A stretch of DNA of 64,000 nt from Nitrospinota bacterium (GTDB taxonomy: Bacteria > UBA8248). Under the pieces are notes generated by a model that did not search any database, was not told where the DNA came from, and was given only the letters and a program-made list of their open reading frames with translations. Shown piece by piece: positions 9,568 to 19,466 of this stretch. The position numbers were made by a program, and so were the translations under genes. The stretch's first letter is position 1. Every line of letters starts with the position of its first letter. The stretch is from contig JASLZZ010000056.1 in assembly GCA_030754595.1 (NCBI GenBank), positions 5,733 through 69,732 of the forward strand, given 5' to 3'.

Positions 9568-10590
9568 ATGAAGAAAAAACTATCTTTGATTGTTGTCGCC
9601 GCGGCCGCCGTCGCCCTCGTTGCAAGCTCGGCCCCGGCCGCCGAGCGCGAGCGCTACCGTTTTGGCGGCGGCCCCTCGGGCGGCTCCTGGCACCCCGCCA
9701 CGAGCGCGGGCACCCAGCTGCTCAACAGAAAGATCGGCAAAAAGTTCTACTTCCAGTACTCCCCGTCGGCAGGCTCGGTGGCCAACGTCCGCCGGGTGAG
9801 CCTGGGCGAGTTCGCCACCGCCTGGGGTCATATCGGCCAGGTCTACCAGTCCTGGACCGGCACCGGCCTCTTCAAGAAAGACGGCGCGAGCAAAAACTTC
9901 CGCGTCGTCGCCAACGTCCGTGCCCAGTCGCAGATCATTGCCGTTCTCGCCGACAGCCCGATCAAATCCTACTCCGATATGAAGGGCAAGGTCGTGAGTC
10001 TGCTCAAGCAGGGGACGGGAAGCCACGTTAACTGCCGGAACATCTTCGACACCCTCGGGCTGTACAATATCAAGAACCCCAAAAAATCGAAGATCATACC
10101 GCGCTACCTGGGATTCACCGCCGCGGGCCGCGCCCTGGGCGACCGACAGATCGACGTGTACTGCTCGGCCGGCTCCCCCTTCACCATTCCGGCGCTCACT
10201 CGGCTTTCAATTAGCAAGCCGGTGCGCTACATCAGCTTTACCGAGGCGGAGCAAAAGAAAGTCACGGGCAACTTCAAGTTCTACGTACCCAAGACCATCC
10301 CCGTTCAAAAAGAAGTCAAAGGCATGAACGCGCCCGCCCGATCCATCGCGTATGACGTCTGGTGGATCGCGCACAAGCAGATGTCCAACGGAGCCGTCTA
10401 TAACATGCTCAAGGTTATCGCAGACCCCAAGAACCTCAAGCAGCTTACGAAGACTGCCAAGTACTGGCGCGACCTGAGCGGCAACTTCTCCGCTCTCAAA
10501 CAGCACGGGATCAAGGTGCATCCCGCCGCCGCCCGCTACTGGAAAGAGCGCGGCGCGGACGTGCCCGGCGGAGTCGTAGAAGGATACTAG
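9568..10590 (+). CDS. TAXI family TRAP transporter solute-binding protein
   Basis: Signal peptide; GGGPSGGSWH, SAGSVANV, GTGSH, VHPAAARYWKE; GGAGG RBS. Confidence 0.93.
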   Translation: MKKKLSLIVVAAAAVALVASSAPAAERERYRFGGGPSGGSWHPATSAGTQLLNRKIGKKFYFQYSPSAGSVANVRRVSLGEFATAWGHIGQVYQSWTGTGLFKKDGASKNFRVVANVRAQSQIIAVLADSPIKSYSDMKGKVVSLLKQGTGSHVNCRNIFDTLGLYNIKNPKKSKIIPRYLGFTAAGRALGDRQIDVYCSAGSPFTIPALTRLSISKPVRYISFTEAEQKKVTGNFKFYVPKTIPVQKEVKGMNAPARSIAYDVWWIAHKQMSNGAVYNMLKVIADPKNLKQLTKTAKYWRDLSGNFSALKQHGIKVHPAAARYWKERGADVPGGVVEGY

Positions 10591-10649
10591 GAATCTCTTC
10601 CGGCGCCGGCCGTACAATAGACCGCCGGCGACAGGGGGTCGGCATTCGG

Positions 10650-10680
10650 GCAGGGGGGCGAGGTCATCTCGCTCCCCTGC
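10650..10680 (+). other. Intercistronic stem-loop (possible mRNA stabiliser or attenuator)
   Basis: GCAGGGGGGCGAG-GTCAT-CTCGCTCCCCTGC between solute-binding and permease genes; no U-tract. Confidence 0.5.
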
Positions 10681-10736
10681 ATCCCCCCCCTGAATTATTC
10701 GCCTCTTGACCTGTAAACGCCCTCCGAAGGGGAACC

Positions 10737-13244
10737 ATGCTCCAAAATATTATCTCTTTCCTCATCAAGCTCGGCCTCGTCGCCGAAAGCATGATCAAGC
10801 CCCGCGAGTTAACGGGGCCGGCTCGCATGGTCGTCGCTGTCATCGCGGTCTGCTTCTCTTATTTCTTCATTCATATCTCTTTTTTCGGCCCGCCCATATC
10901 GGAATATTTCAAAGGCACCTATATTCTGTGCACCGCGGCGCTATGCGTGATGGTCTACAAGGGCCGTCAAACCTCGATTCGGGAGAACTTCTCGTGGCTG
11001 GATGAGATTTTTCTTTTCCTCACCCATATGCTGATGTGCGCCGTCTATCTCCTCTGGGCCTACTGGACGCTCGCCGGCCGGACATATCTCTGGAACGACT
11101 TCACCGGGGGCGCGGCGGCGGTGGCGGCCTTGCTGGGAGCGATCCTCGGGGCGGTTCTCTACTGGAGAGAGGCTACCATGGAGGAAATCCCCGAGAAGCC
11201 CCTGATATCGGATTGGCTTTATCTGGGCGCGGGTATCGCTCCCATCGTCTGGTGGGTAATCAGTAATGTCGAGCTGGTCGAACGGGTCGGCGGCCCGGTG
11301 CCCACGTCGGTGGTGATTTTCTCCGGCCTGCTGGCGGCCGTGAGCTTCGAGATCGCCCGTCGCGTGGTGGGCCCGGTCATCCCCCTCATCGGCTTTTTCT
11401 TTCTCATATACACCTTCAAACCCATCGCCCAGTTGCCATCAACCGCGAGCATTTTCTATCACGACGGCTTCGGGCTGGGCCGGGTGGCCGAGTTCCTCAT
11501 GCTCGAGGCCGACGGCATGACCGGCCTCATCGTCGAGGTGTTCGCCACCTATATCGTCATCTTCGTCGTGCTGGGGGCGTTTCTCGAAAAAACCGGGCTC
11601 GGCGCCATCCTCATCGACACGACATTCCGCCTCACCGGCCACAAAACCGGGGGGCCCGGGCTAACCGCCGTCATATCGAGCGGGCTCTTCGGAATGATTT
11701 CGGGCAGCGGCGTCGCCAACGTCGTGACGACGGGCACCTTCACCATTCCGCTCATGAAGCGCGTGGGCTACCGCTCTGAATTCGCCGGCGCGGTCGAGGC
11801 CGCCGCCTCGACGGGGGGCGCCTACATGCCTCCGATCATGGCCGGCGGCGCCTTCCTGATCGCCCAGCTGACCGAGACCAGCTATTTCCATATTATCAAG
11901 GTCGCAGCCCTTCCGGCGATTCTCTACTATCTCTCGGTCGGCTATATGGTATATCTCCGCGCGGTGAGGCGCGGCCTGCTCGGAGTTCCCACCGACGAAC
12001 TTCCCCCGTGGCCGAAAATCCTGCCGCGCATTCATTTCCTCCTGCCAATCCCCTTCATGATCTACTACCTCATGATCGGCGATTCGGCGTTTCTCGCGGC
12101 GTTCAAGACCATCTGTCTGATCATCATGCTCAAGAGCGCCGACATGCTCAACGAAATCCGGACGCCCTGGTCCGATCGAACCTGGCGGCCTTTCCTGGGC
12201 CTCTCTCTTTTGTTCGGGGTCTTCGCCTACTACCTGGGGCTGAGGGTGGGCGCGCCGTTCTCGTGGTTCGCCGACACTCTGCGCGGCCTCAATATGGGGG
12301 ACGGTCTTTTCTGGGTCGTGGCGCTCTACCTCTTCCTGAAAATAGGCGAAATCCTCGCGGCGGGATTCACCGTCCCCGAAATTTCTCCCCGGCCGGCGAA
12401 CCCTGGTGAAAACGAAGATATCGCCCCTGCCACGGGAAGCGAGCTTTTCACCCGCCTGGGAAAAACATTCACCGAGTTGGTCAAAGTGATCTGGATTTCC
12501 CTCGAAGCGGGGGCGAAGAACACGCTTGTGGTCGGTTGCATCGCCGGCGTGCTCGGAATCCTCCTCTCCTGCGCCACACAGAGCGATCTGTCGGGACGGA
12601 TTTCCATCGTGCTCACCGAATTCAGCTTCGGCCTTTTACCGCTTACTATCTTTTGGGTCATCGTGGCCGGCTATGTCGTGGGCATGGGGTTGCCCATCAC
12701 GGCAAGCTATGTCGTCCTCGTTATCTTCGGGGTCATCGCCCTGACGAACCTGGGCGTCCCCACACTGACGGCGCACCTCATCTGCTTCTGGGTAGCCGTC
12801 GTCAGCGCCGTGACGCCGCCTGTCGCCCTGGCCGCCTATGCGGCGAGCGCCATCGCCACCTCCGATCCGCTAAAAACCGGATTCCAGGCGTTGAAGCTCG
12901 CCTCCTGGCTCTTCGTCATGCCCTTTCTTTTTGTATACACACCGATTCTCCTTACCGGCACCTCAACCGAGGTCACCATCACTTTCATTGCCTGTCTGTT
13001 TGGGATCGTGGGCTGGGCGGGATGGCTAGAGGGCTTTCTCATTAAAACAACCATGGGTCCGGAGCGAGCTTTACTTTTCCTCTCTTCGATTTGTCTGCTC
13101 CTGCCCGTTGAACGATTCTTTTTATTTACTTTTTCGATGGAAGGAGATTACCATTATCCGACATATGTCTTAGGCGTCCTCCTTCTGGGAGCCTCCTTCC
13201 TCATACAGCGAGGGCGAACGGAAGCTACCCCTCGGGCGGCATAA
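10737..13244 (+). CDS. TRAP transporter fused 4TM/12TM permease
   Basis: GGPGLTAVISSGLFGMISGSGVANVVTTGTFTIPLMK, EAAASTGG..MPPIM, GMGLPITASY, VTPPVALAAYAA. Confidence 0.95.
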   Translation: MLQNIISFLIKLGLVAESMIKPRELTGPARMVVAVIAVCFSYFFIHISFFGPPISEYFKGTYILCTAALCVMVYKGRQTSIRENFSWLDEIFLFLTHMLMCAVYLLWAYWTLAGRTYLWNDFTGGAAAVAALLGAILGAVLYWREATMEEIPEKPLISDWLYLGAGIAPIVWWVISNVELVERVGGPVPTSVVIFSGLLAAVSFEIARRVVGPVIPLIGFFFLIYTFKPIAQLPSTASIFYHDGFGLGRVAEFLMLEADGMTGLIVEVFATYIVIFVVLGAFLEKTGLGAILIDTTFRLTGHKTGGPGLTAVISSGLFGMISGSGVANVVTTGTFTIPLMKRVGYRSEFAGAVEAAASTGGAYMPPIMAGGAFLIAQLTETSYFHIIKVAALPAILYYLSVGYMVYLRAVRRGLLGVPTDELPPWPKILPRIHFLLPIPFMIYYLMIGDSAFLAAFKTICLIIMLKSADMLNEIRTPWSDRTWRPFLGLSLLFGVFAYYLGLRVGAPFSWFADTLRGLNMGDGLFWVVALYLFLKIGEILAAGFTVPEISPRPANPGENEDIAPATGSELFTRLGKTFTELVKVIWISLEAGAKNTLVVGCIAGVLGILLSCATQSDLSGRISIVLTEFSFGLLPLTIFWVIVAGYVVGMGLPITASYVVLVIFGVIALTNLGVPTLTAHLICFWVAVVSAVTPPVALAAYAASAIATSDPLKTGFQALKLASWLFVMPFLFVYTPILLTGTSTEVTITFIACLFGIVGWAGWLEGFLIKTTMGPERALLFLSSICLLLPVERFFLFTFSMEGDYHYPTYVLGVLLLGASFLIQRGRTEATPRAA

Positions 13245-13263
13245 CCGCTCATCAGGAGACGCC

Positions 13264-13452
13264 ATGAGTCCGGTGCCTCTTCCCTTTCGAAGAGTCCAGC
13301 ACATCGCGGCTTCAAGGTCCGCGTCGAGCGGGATGGGTCTGCGCACGATTCGGCGGACCCGTCCTCCCCCTCGGAAACCGGGCGTTCCAATCATGGCCGA
13401 TGCACACGAGAAGTCCGGAAACAAGAAACCCGCCTCAGATAATGGAGCTTAG
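13264..13452 (+). CDS. Possible small hypothetical protein
   Basis: AGGAG RBS before ATG; fills the gap and ends 3 nt before the next start; no recognisable motif. Confidence 0.3.
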   Translation: MSPVPLPFRRVQHIAASRSASSGMGLRTIRRTRPPPRKPGVPIMADAHEKSGNKKPASDNGA

Positions 13453-13455
13453 CGA

Positions 13456-14412
13456 ATGACCTACCGGGTAGTTGCGGTCGATCCCAGATGGAAAGACGCG
13501 GGGCGTCAACAATTTCTCACCGACCATCTGGCCGAAGGATATGAACTTGTCGTTCCAAAAGATTTCGAGATGGCCGCCATGCGTAAGGAACTTGAAACAG
13601 CCAGTGCTCTCGTCACCGGCCTCGGCGACATCACGGCCGAGACGATGGAGGCCGCACCCAATTTGCGTGTGGTCGGCAAGGCGGGAACGGGGGTGGACTC
13701 CATCGACGTGGCCACCGCGACGGCAATGAAAATACCGGTCGCCCACGCCCCCGGCTGGATGCGCGCCACGCCCGTGGCCGAACACGCCTTGACCCTGATG
13801 ATAATGCTCTCCCGGAAGCCCTGGCTCTGGCGCGGGGAGAAAAGGCCTCCTCTTCATATTCAGATGTCCGGCGCATCGGCCGGAATCGTCGGCCTCGGCA
13901 ATATCGGTCAGCGTATCGCCGCGCGCTGCGCCGCATTCGACATGAACGTCCTCGCCTACACGCGGACGCGCGGCAAATTCAAGCCCGAAGGATTCTCGGT
14001 AGAGGAAACCGGCACTCTCGAGGAACTCCTCGCCCGGGCGGACTACGTGATCCTCTCCCTCCCGCTAAACGGCGAAACCCGGGGACTGATCGGAGCCAAA
14101 GAGTTCGCTCTGATGAAACCCTCCGCGTTTCTCATCAACGTTTCCCGGGGCGGTCACGTCGTAACGGACGATCTTGTCGTCGCGATCGGAGAGGGAAATG
14201 TCGCAGGGGCCGGCCTCGATGTAATCGAACCCGATCCGACTCCTGACGACCACCCGATTTTCTCACTGGACAATGTTGTGATATCGCCTCACTGCGCCGC
14301 GCAGACCGAAAGCACCCAGCGGGAGAGCTACGCCCTTCTCGCAGAGAGCATCCGCCTCGCGGTGGAAGGAAAGCGCGTCGAGTCGCTCGTCAATCCAGAA
14401 ATTTACGACTGA
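13456..14412 (+). CDS. D-isomer-specific 2-hydroxyacid dehydrogenase (paralog 1)
   Basis: GKAGTGVDSID, GIVGLGNIG, LINVSRG, GAGLDV, SPH. Confidence 0.92.
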   Translation: MTYRVVAVDPRWKDAGRQQFLTDHLAEGYELVVPKDFEMAAMRKELETASALVTGLGDITAETMEAAPNLRVVGKAGTGVDSIDVATATAMKIPVAHAPGWMRATPVAEHALTLMIMLSRKPWLWRGEKRPPLHIQMSGASAGIVGLGNIGQRIAARCAAFDMNVLAYTRTRGKFKPEGFSVEETGTLEELLARADYVILSLPLNGETRGLIGAKEFALMKPSAFLINVSRGGHVVTDDLVVAIGEGNVAGAGLDVIEPDPTPDDHPIFSLDNVVISPHCAAQTESTQRESYALLAESIRLAVEGKRVESLVNPEIYD

Positions 14413-14454
14413 ACGGCAGGGAACCCGCCGAAGACGCCCTTGGAGTGAACCCAG

Positions 14455-15411
14455 ATGGCACACCGCGTACTAAATGTGGATTACCGCATCCGTGAGCCGA
14501 ACCGGCAGCGGTTCTTGCGCGAGTGCCTCCCCGAGGGGTACGAGCTCGTCATCCCCGAGTCGTTCGACACCGAAACCATCCTGCGCGCGGCGAAGGGCGC
14601 CCGCGTGATCCTCACCAGCTTTGAGCCTCTCACCGGCGAAATGATGAGGGCGGCCGACGATTTGCGCGCCGTCGGCAAGGGCGGAACCGGGGTAGACTCC
14701 ATCGATGTCGCGACGGCCACCGCCCTGAAAATCCCGGTACTGAACACTCCCGGCCATCTCCGCTCGGACGCCATCGCCGAGCACGCGATTACGCTCATGC
14801 TCATGGTCTCCCGAAGGCCGTGGCTCTGGAAGGAAGGCCACACAACCATCCAGCACAACGAGTTGATGGGCGCCACCCTCGGAATCGTCGGCCTTGGAAA
14901 TATCGGCCGGGGCGTCGCCAAAAGGTGCGCCGCGTTCGGGATGGAAATTATCGCCTACACGCGCACGCCCGGAAAATTCTGGCCCGAGGGCTTCACCGTC
15001 GAGGAAACCGCCACTCTCGAGGAACTCCTGCCCCGGGCGGATTACCTTCTGCTCTCCCTTCCGCTCACCGAAGAGAGCCGGGGCCTGATCGGCGCAAAAG
15101 AGATCGCCTTGATGAAAGACACGGCTTTCCTGATCAATATCGCCCGAGGAGCGCACGTGGATATCGACGCCATGGCCGAAGCCATCGCCGGCGGAAAATT
15201 CGCCGGGGCTGGACTTGATGTGACCGCACCCGAGCCCCTGCCCGAGGGACATCCGATTCTCGGTCTGCCCAGCGTCGTCATATCCCCTCACAGCGCCTCG
15301 CACACCTCAGGCGTTCAGCAACGAAGCACCCAGCTTCTCTGCGACAACATCCGCCGCGCCGTCGAGGGCGAACGGGCCACCTCGCTTGTAAATCCGGAGA
15401 TTTACGACTAG
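14455..15411 (+). CDS. D-isomer-specific 2-hydroxyacid dehydrogenase (paralog 2)
   Basis: GKGGTGVDSID, GIVGLGNIG, LINIARG, DVTAPEP, SPH; same length (318 aa) and same SLVNPEIYD end as paralog 1. Confidence 0.92.
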   Translation: MAHRVLNVDYRIREPNRQRFLRECLPEGYELVIPESFDTETILRAAKGARVILTSFEPLTGEMMRAADDLRAVGKGGTGVDSIDVATATALKIPVLNTPGHLRSDAIAEHAITLMLMVSRRPWLWKEGHTTIQHNELMGATLGIVGLGNIGRGVAKRCAAFGMEIIAYTRTPGKFWPEGFTVEETATLEELLPRADYLLLSLPLTEESRGLIGAKEIALMKDTAFLINIARGAHVDIDAMAEAIAGGKFAGAGLDVTAPEPLPEGHPILGLPSVVISPHSASHTSGVQQRSTQLLCDNIRRAVEGERATSLVNPEIYD

Positions 15412-15466
15412 CTTCTCTCTTCAAGGAGGGGTCCACGCCTCAACCAGGGCACGGACCCAAGGACCC

Positions 15467-16639
15467 ATGACACAGCGAAAAATTCCAGCCGTTTTTTACC
15501 GGGGCGGAACGAGCCGCGCTATATTTTTCAACGCAAAAGACATCACCGGCGACCCGCGCATGAGGGACGAAATTTTCCTTCGCGCCATCGGGAGCCCGGA
15601 CCCCAACGGCCGCCAACTCGACGGCCTCGGCGGGGGCATCTCCTCTCTCAGCAAGGTCGCCGTCATCGGGCCCTCCTCCCGCCCCGACGCCGACGTGGAC
15701 TACACCTTCGGACAGGTCTCCGTGGATGCCCCTCTGGTGGACTACGCGGGCAACTGCGGGAATATGTCGAGCGCGGTGGGCCACTTCGCGGTCGATGAAG
15801 GCCTTGTCCCCCCGCCTGCGGGCGATGAGGCAATTGTCCGCATTCACAACACGAACACGAACAAGATCATCATCTCGAAATTCCGGGTCGAGGAAGGCCG
15901 TCCGGCCGTCGAGGGCGATTATGCCCTTCCCGGCGTCGCCGGTACGAGTTCGCTCATCACTCTGGAATTCACCGATCCCGGCGGGGCCTCGACCGGAAAG
16001 CTGCTGCCCACCGGAAATACTATCGATATGTTCGACATCGAGGGAATCGGGCGGATCGAGGTCAGTCTTGTGGACGCGACAACCCCCGGCGTTTTCGTCC
16101 GGGCGGAGGACCTTGGCCTCACCCTGAAGGAAACGCCGGGCGTCATCGACGCGAATCATACGGCCGTGGTGAATCTCGAACAGATCCGGGCGGAAGCGGC
16201 CGTCCGGATGGGAATATCGCCCAATCGCCGGGCTGCGTCGGAGTCCTCTCCCCTGGTTCCGAAGGTGGCCCTCGTCTCGCCGCCGAAAGAATATCTCGAC
16301 CTCACCGGCGCGCCGGTCCCCGCCGACTCGTTCGACATTCTCAGCCGGATGATGTCGATGGGAAAAACCCACCGCGCCTACCCGCTCACCGGTTCGATGT
16401 GCCTCGCCGTCGCAGCACGGATTTCGGGAACGATTCCCTACGAGGCGGCCCAAACCAAAACGGGCTCTCTCATTCTCGGCCACGCCTCGGGGGTCCAGCC
16501 CGTCGGCGCCGAAGTGTCGGAGACGCCGGAAGGCCCCCGCGCCGAGAAAGTCATTGTCCATCGAACCGCCCGCCGTCTGATGGAGGGCTCTGTCCTCGTT
16601 CCCGCCAGCGTGTTCGAGACGGCCGGGACCAGGGCCTGA
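15467..16639 (+). CDS. prpF: PrpF family isomerase (aconitate / oxalomesaconate isomerase-like)
   Basis: YRGGTSRA, GSPDPNGRQLDGLGGGISSLSKV, GNCGNMSSAVG, SMGKTHRA, RTARRLMEG. Confidence 0.9.
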   Translation: MTQRKIPAVFYRGGTSRAIFFNAKDITGDPRMRDEIFLRAIGSPDPNGRQLDGLGGGISSLSKVAVIGPSSRPDADVDYTFGQVSVDAPLVDYAGNCGNMSSAVGHFAVDEGLVPPPAGDEAIVRIHNTNTNKIIISKFRVEEGRPAVEGDYALPGVAGTSSLITLEFTDPGGASTGKLLPTGNTIDMFDIEGIGRIEVSLVDATTPGVFVRAEDLGLTLKETPGVIDANHTAVVNLEQIRAEAAVRMGISPNRRAASESSPLVPKVALVSPPKEYLDLTGAPVPADSFDILSRMMSMGKTHRAYPLTGSMCLAVAARISGTIPYEAAQTKTGSLILGHASGVQPVGAEVSETPEGPRAEKVIVHRTARRLMEGSVLVPASVFETAGTRA

Positions 16640-16644
16640 CGAAT

Positions 16645-17010
16645 CTATTCCGAATCGCGGTGGACGTTCTCCACCGAAAAAGCCGGAAGGCAGACGGCGA
16701 TATACTCGGCCCCCACCTCTCCGGGGATCGAATAGCGCACCCACTCCCCCCGGCGGCAAACCACCGCCTGGCCGGCGGCCACTTACATCGCGCCGCTTTC
16801 GTGCTCGACGAGCAACTCTCCTTTCAGGACAATCGTGAATTCGTCGAATTCGGGCTTTTGCCCCGGCTCGATCCATCCCCCCGGGCTGCGCATGCGGGCG
16901 ATGCTCACGCGGTCGTCTCCCGAGTTCACGCGCCCGAAAAACTCGTCAATCAACTTGGGCTTGTTGCCCGCCGCCTCGATTCGCGTAGGACCATCAATCA
17001 ACTTCGGCAT
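16645..17010 (-). pseudogene. Cupin-domain gene interrupted by an in-frame TAA
   Basis: MPKLIDGPTRIEAAGNKPKLIDEFFG...QKPEFDEFTIVLKG..HESGAM, TAA at 16783-16785, then in frame VAAGQAVVCRRGEWVRYSIPGEVGAEYIAVCLPAFSVENVHRDSE to TAG at 16645-16647. Confidence 0.85.
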
Positions 17011-17055
17011 ATAAACTCCTCCGACGAGAATAAAGGATTCAAATCGGCCCCGGCC

Positions 17056-17991
17056 CTACACTCTCCCCGAGCTTCTTCTCCCCCCGACCGTTACCAGCCA
17101 AACGCCCGTTATCGTCAACGCCGCGCCCGACAGTAGGTTCCAGCCCACCGCTTCGCCCAGCATGACCGCGCTGCCCGCGACGCCCACCGCCGGCGTCATG
17201 AACAGAAAGACCGAAACCCGGGCGGGCGAGTGCTTGAGCATCAGATGGGCCCATAGGACGAGAACGAGTCCGCTCGAGATCACCCCCATGTGAAATATCG
17301 CGTAGAACTCAGCAGGGCCAAACGCATACCGGCCCCCGCCCTCGGTCAACCAGGAAAGAGCCAGGTAGAGCGGGGCGCCGATAATCATGGCCCACCGCGT
17401 CACGGCGAACATATCGGAGCGGGCCAGATATTTCTTGAAGTGTATCGCCTGGAATGCCCAGATCAACGCCGAAATGACGATGAATAAATCCGCCCAGAGC
17501 GCGCTCTCGCCACCCATCCGTTGGGAGAAAATAACTATCGTCCCCGCCATTGCCGTACCGAAACCCAGGGAGCGGTGGGCGGTGATGCGCTCGCCCGGAA
17601 GAAGGGCGGCGGCGAACAGCATGACCCAGATGGGCTGGGTGTAGAAGAGCACTGAAGCGCGGGCAGCCTGGGTCCCCGTCATCCCGACATACAGGAACAG
17701 AATGTAGGCGTTGTGGAGGATGCCGTTAAGGATGCGGTGCGCCCTCTCCGCCGCCGGGGTGGGTAGCGTCGTTCGATCGGGCACCTTCATCAAAACCATC
17801 CACGCCGTCAGGGTCAGGGCTGAAACGGCGGCGCGGATCCAAATGAGCGCAAAAGGGCTCAGTCCATCATACGAGGCCTTGATGACCGGCTGGGTCATTC
17901 CCCAGACCAACACCAACGCCAGGCTTCCCGCGGCCAATTCGACGGCCCCGCCCCGCCCCGCCGCCTCGGAATCAGCGCCGGATTTGGTCAA
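17056..17991 (-). CDS. DMT/EamA family transporter
   Basis: LVWG, YTQPIWV..LLPGERIT, FLFMTPAVG..LGE; about 10 TM. Confidence 0.9.
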   Translation of the reverse strand: MTKSGADSEAAGRGGAVELAAGSLALVLVWGMTQPVIKASYDGLSPFALIWIRAAVSALTLTAWMVLMKVPDRTTLPTPAAERAHRILNGILHNAYILFLYVGMTGTQAARASVLFYTQPIWVMLFAAALLPGERITAHRSLGFGTAMAGTIVIFSQRMGGESALWADLFIVISALIWAFQAIHFKKYLARSDMFAVTRWAMIIGAPLYLALSWLTEGGGRYAFGPAEFYAIFHMGVISSGLVLVLWAHLMLKHSPARVSVFLFMTPAVGVAGSAVMLGEAVGWNLLSGAALTITGVWLVTVGGRRSSGRV

Positions 17992-18398
17992 GTGTTCTCT
18001 CCGGCGGGCGGCACACGCTCGCAGATTTCGATACGAACATTTCCGGGCCCCCGGATGAAGGCGATCGCCCTTCCACCGATACCCGTCCGCTGGGGGGCCA
18101 TCAGGATATCGGCTCCCCGCGACTCCAGCCAGGCGGTGGTGGCGTCAACGTCATCAACGGCGAAACCCACATGGTCCAGGCCCTCGACGAGGCTGGGCGC
18201 CCGCGAGTCGGGTGAATCGTCCTCCCTCACGCCACGAGTCCTAAGCGTACCGCCCCCAAGGCGAAAAATAGCGTAGACCGCCCTCTTATGGTCATCGATG
18301 TACTCGACAGCCTTCATCCCGAATACGCGTTCGAAATAATCGGTCAGCGCGCGAGCGTCGCTGACGAGGAAATGGACGTGATCAAAATCAAACTCCAC
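17988..18398 (-). CDS. VOC/glyoxalase family protein
   Basis: FDHVHFLVSD, GLDHVGFAVDD, FIRGPGNVRIEI. Confidence 0.88.
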   Translation of the reverse strand: MEFDFDHVHFLVSDARALTDYFERVFGMKAVEYIDDHKRAVYAIFRLGGGTLRTRGVREDDSPDSRAPSLVEGLDHVGFAVDDVDATTAWLESRGADILMAPQRTGIGGRAIAFIRGPGNVRIEICERVPPAGENT

Positions 18399-18551
18399 GC
18401 TACCTCCGCCACAATTCGGGAAATGGGCCGCACGAATATCTCAGGGGCAATTCTCTTTTCGAGCCCGGCATAGTACGCTGATTGCTCGAATCACCCAAAC
18501 GAACCCACTCGAACTCCTTCACTTTTTTCGACTCTATTGAAAGTAACCACC

Positions 18552-19466
18552 ATGGCGAAACCCAAGATCATCGGAACCAAACACTGGACCCATCACAATG
18601 GCGCCGACCTGTTCATATGGAGAAAGCGCCGCAAGGGGCTCCGAAAACCCGCCGGATCGGTCATCCTCGTGCACGGCTCCTCGGTGGCCTCCACTCCCTC
18701 GTTCGACCTTCAAGTCCCGGGGCGGCCCGGTCACTCCCTGATGGATTACCTTGCCGAGCGCGGATACGACACTTGGTGCATGGACCACGATGGCTACGGG
18801 CGGTCGACCAAGGACAGAAAGGTTCACGCCGGAATCAAGCGGGGAGCCGAAGATCTTTTGGCCACGGCGAAATACATCCGCAAGACCTCGGGCGCGAAAT
18901 CCTTTCTGATGTACGGGATTTCCTCGGGCGCTCTCCGCGCCGCCCTTTTCGCGCAGAAATATCCCCAGTTCGTCAAACGTGTCGTACTCGATGCTTTTGT
19001 GTGGACGGGAAAGGAGAGCCCCGCGCTGAAAGATAGAGCCAAGCGCTTCGCCAAGGCCAAGAGCACCGATCGGCGCCCCATTCACTCCAAATTCATCCGG
19101 ACCATTTTCAGCCGCGACAAACACGCGAAAGCCGCATACCCGGACGTGGTCAAGGCGTTCGCCGAGGCTTGCTGCGAACTCGACGACTCGGTGCCGAACG
19201 GCACCTACATCGACATGACCCGTCGGCTGCCGGTGGTCAACCCGCGCAAGTTGACCGTTCCGGTTCTGATCACGCGTGGGGAATGGGACGGCATCGCCTC
19301 CTACGAAGACCTGATGGAATTCTTCCACTTGCTCCCGAATCCGGACAAGCAATTCGCCGTCATTCCCGGCATCTCGCACGCAAGTCTCCAGATGAAAAAT
19401 TTCCAGATTATTTTCCATCTGATCGAGCGCTTTTTCAGCCAGCCGGAACCCATCTACAAAGGCTAG
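18552..19466 (+). CDS. Alpha/beta fold hydrolase
   Basis: ILVHGSS, DHDGYGRS, GISSGA elbow, RGEWDGI, ISH; start taken at ATG 18552. Confidence 0.88.
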   Translation: MAKPKIIGTKHWTHHNGADLFIWRKRRKGLRKPAGSVILVHGSSVASTPSFDLQVPGRPGHSLMDYLAERGYDTWCMDHDGYGRSTKDRKVHAGIKRGAEDLLATAKYIRKTSGAKSFLMYGISSGALRAALFAQKYPQFVKRVVLDAFVWTGKESPALKDRAKRFAKAKSTDRRPIHSKFIRTIFSRDKHAKAAYPDVVKAFAEACCELDDSVPNGTYIDMTRRLPVVNPRKLTVPVLITRGEWDGIASYEDLMEFFHLLPNPDKQFAVIPGISHASLQMKNFQIIFHLIERFFSQPEPIYKG

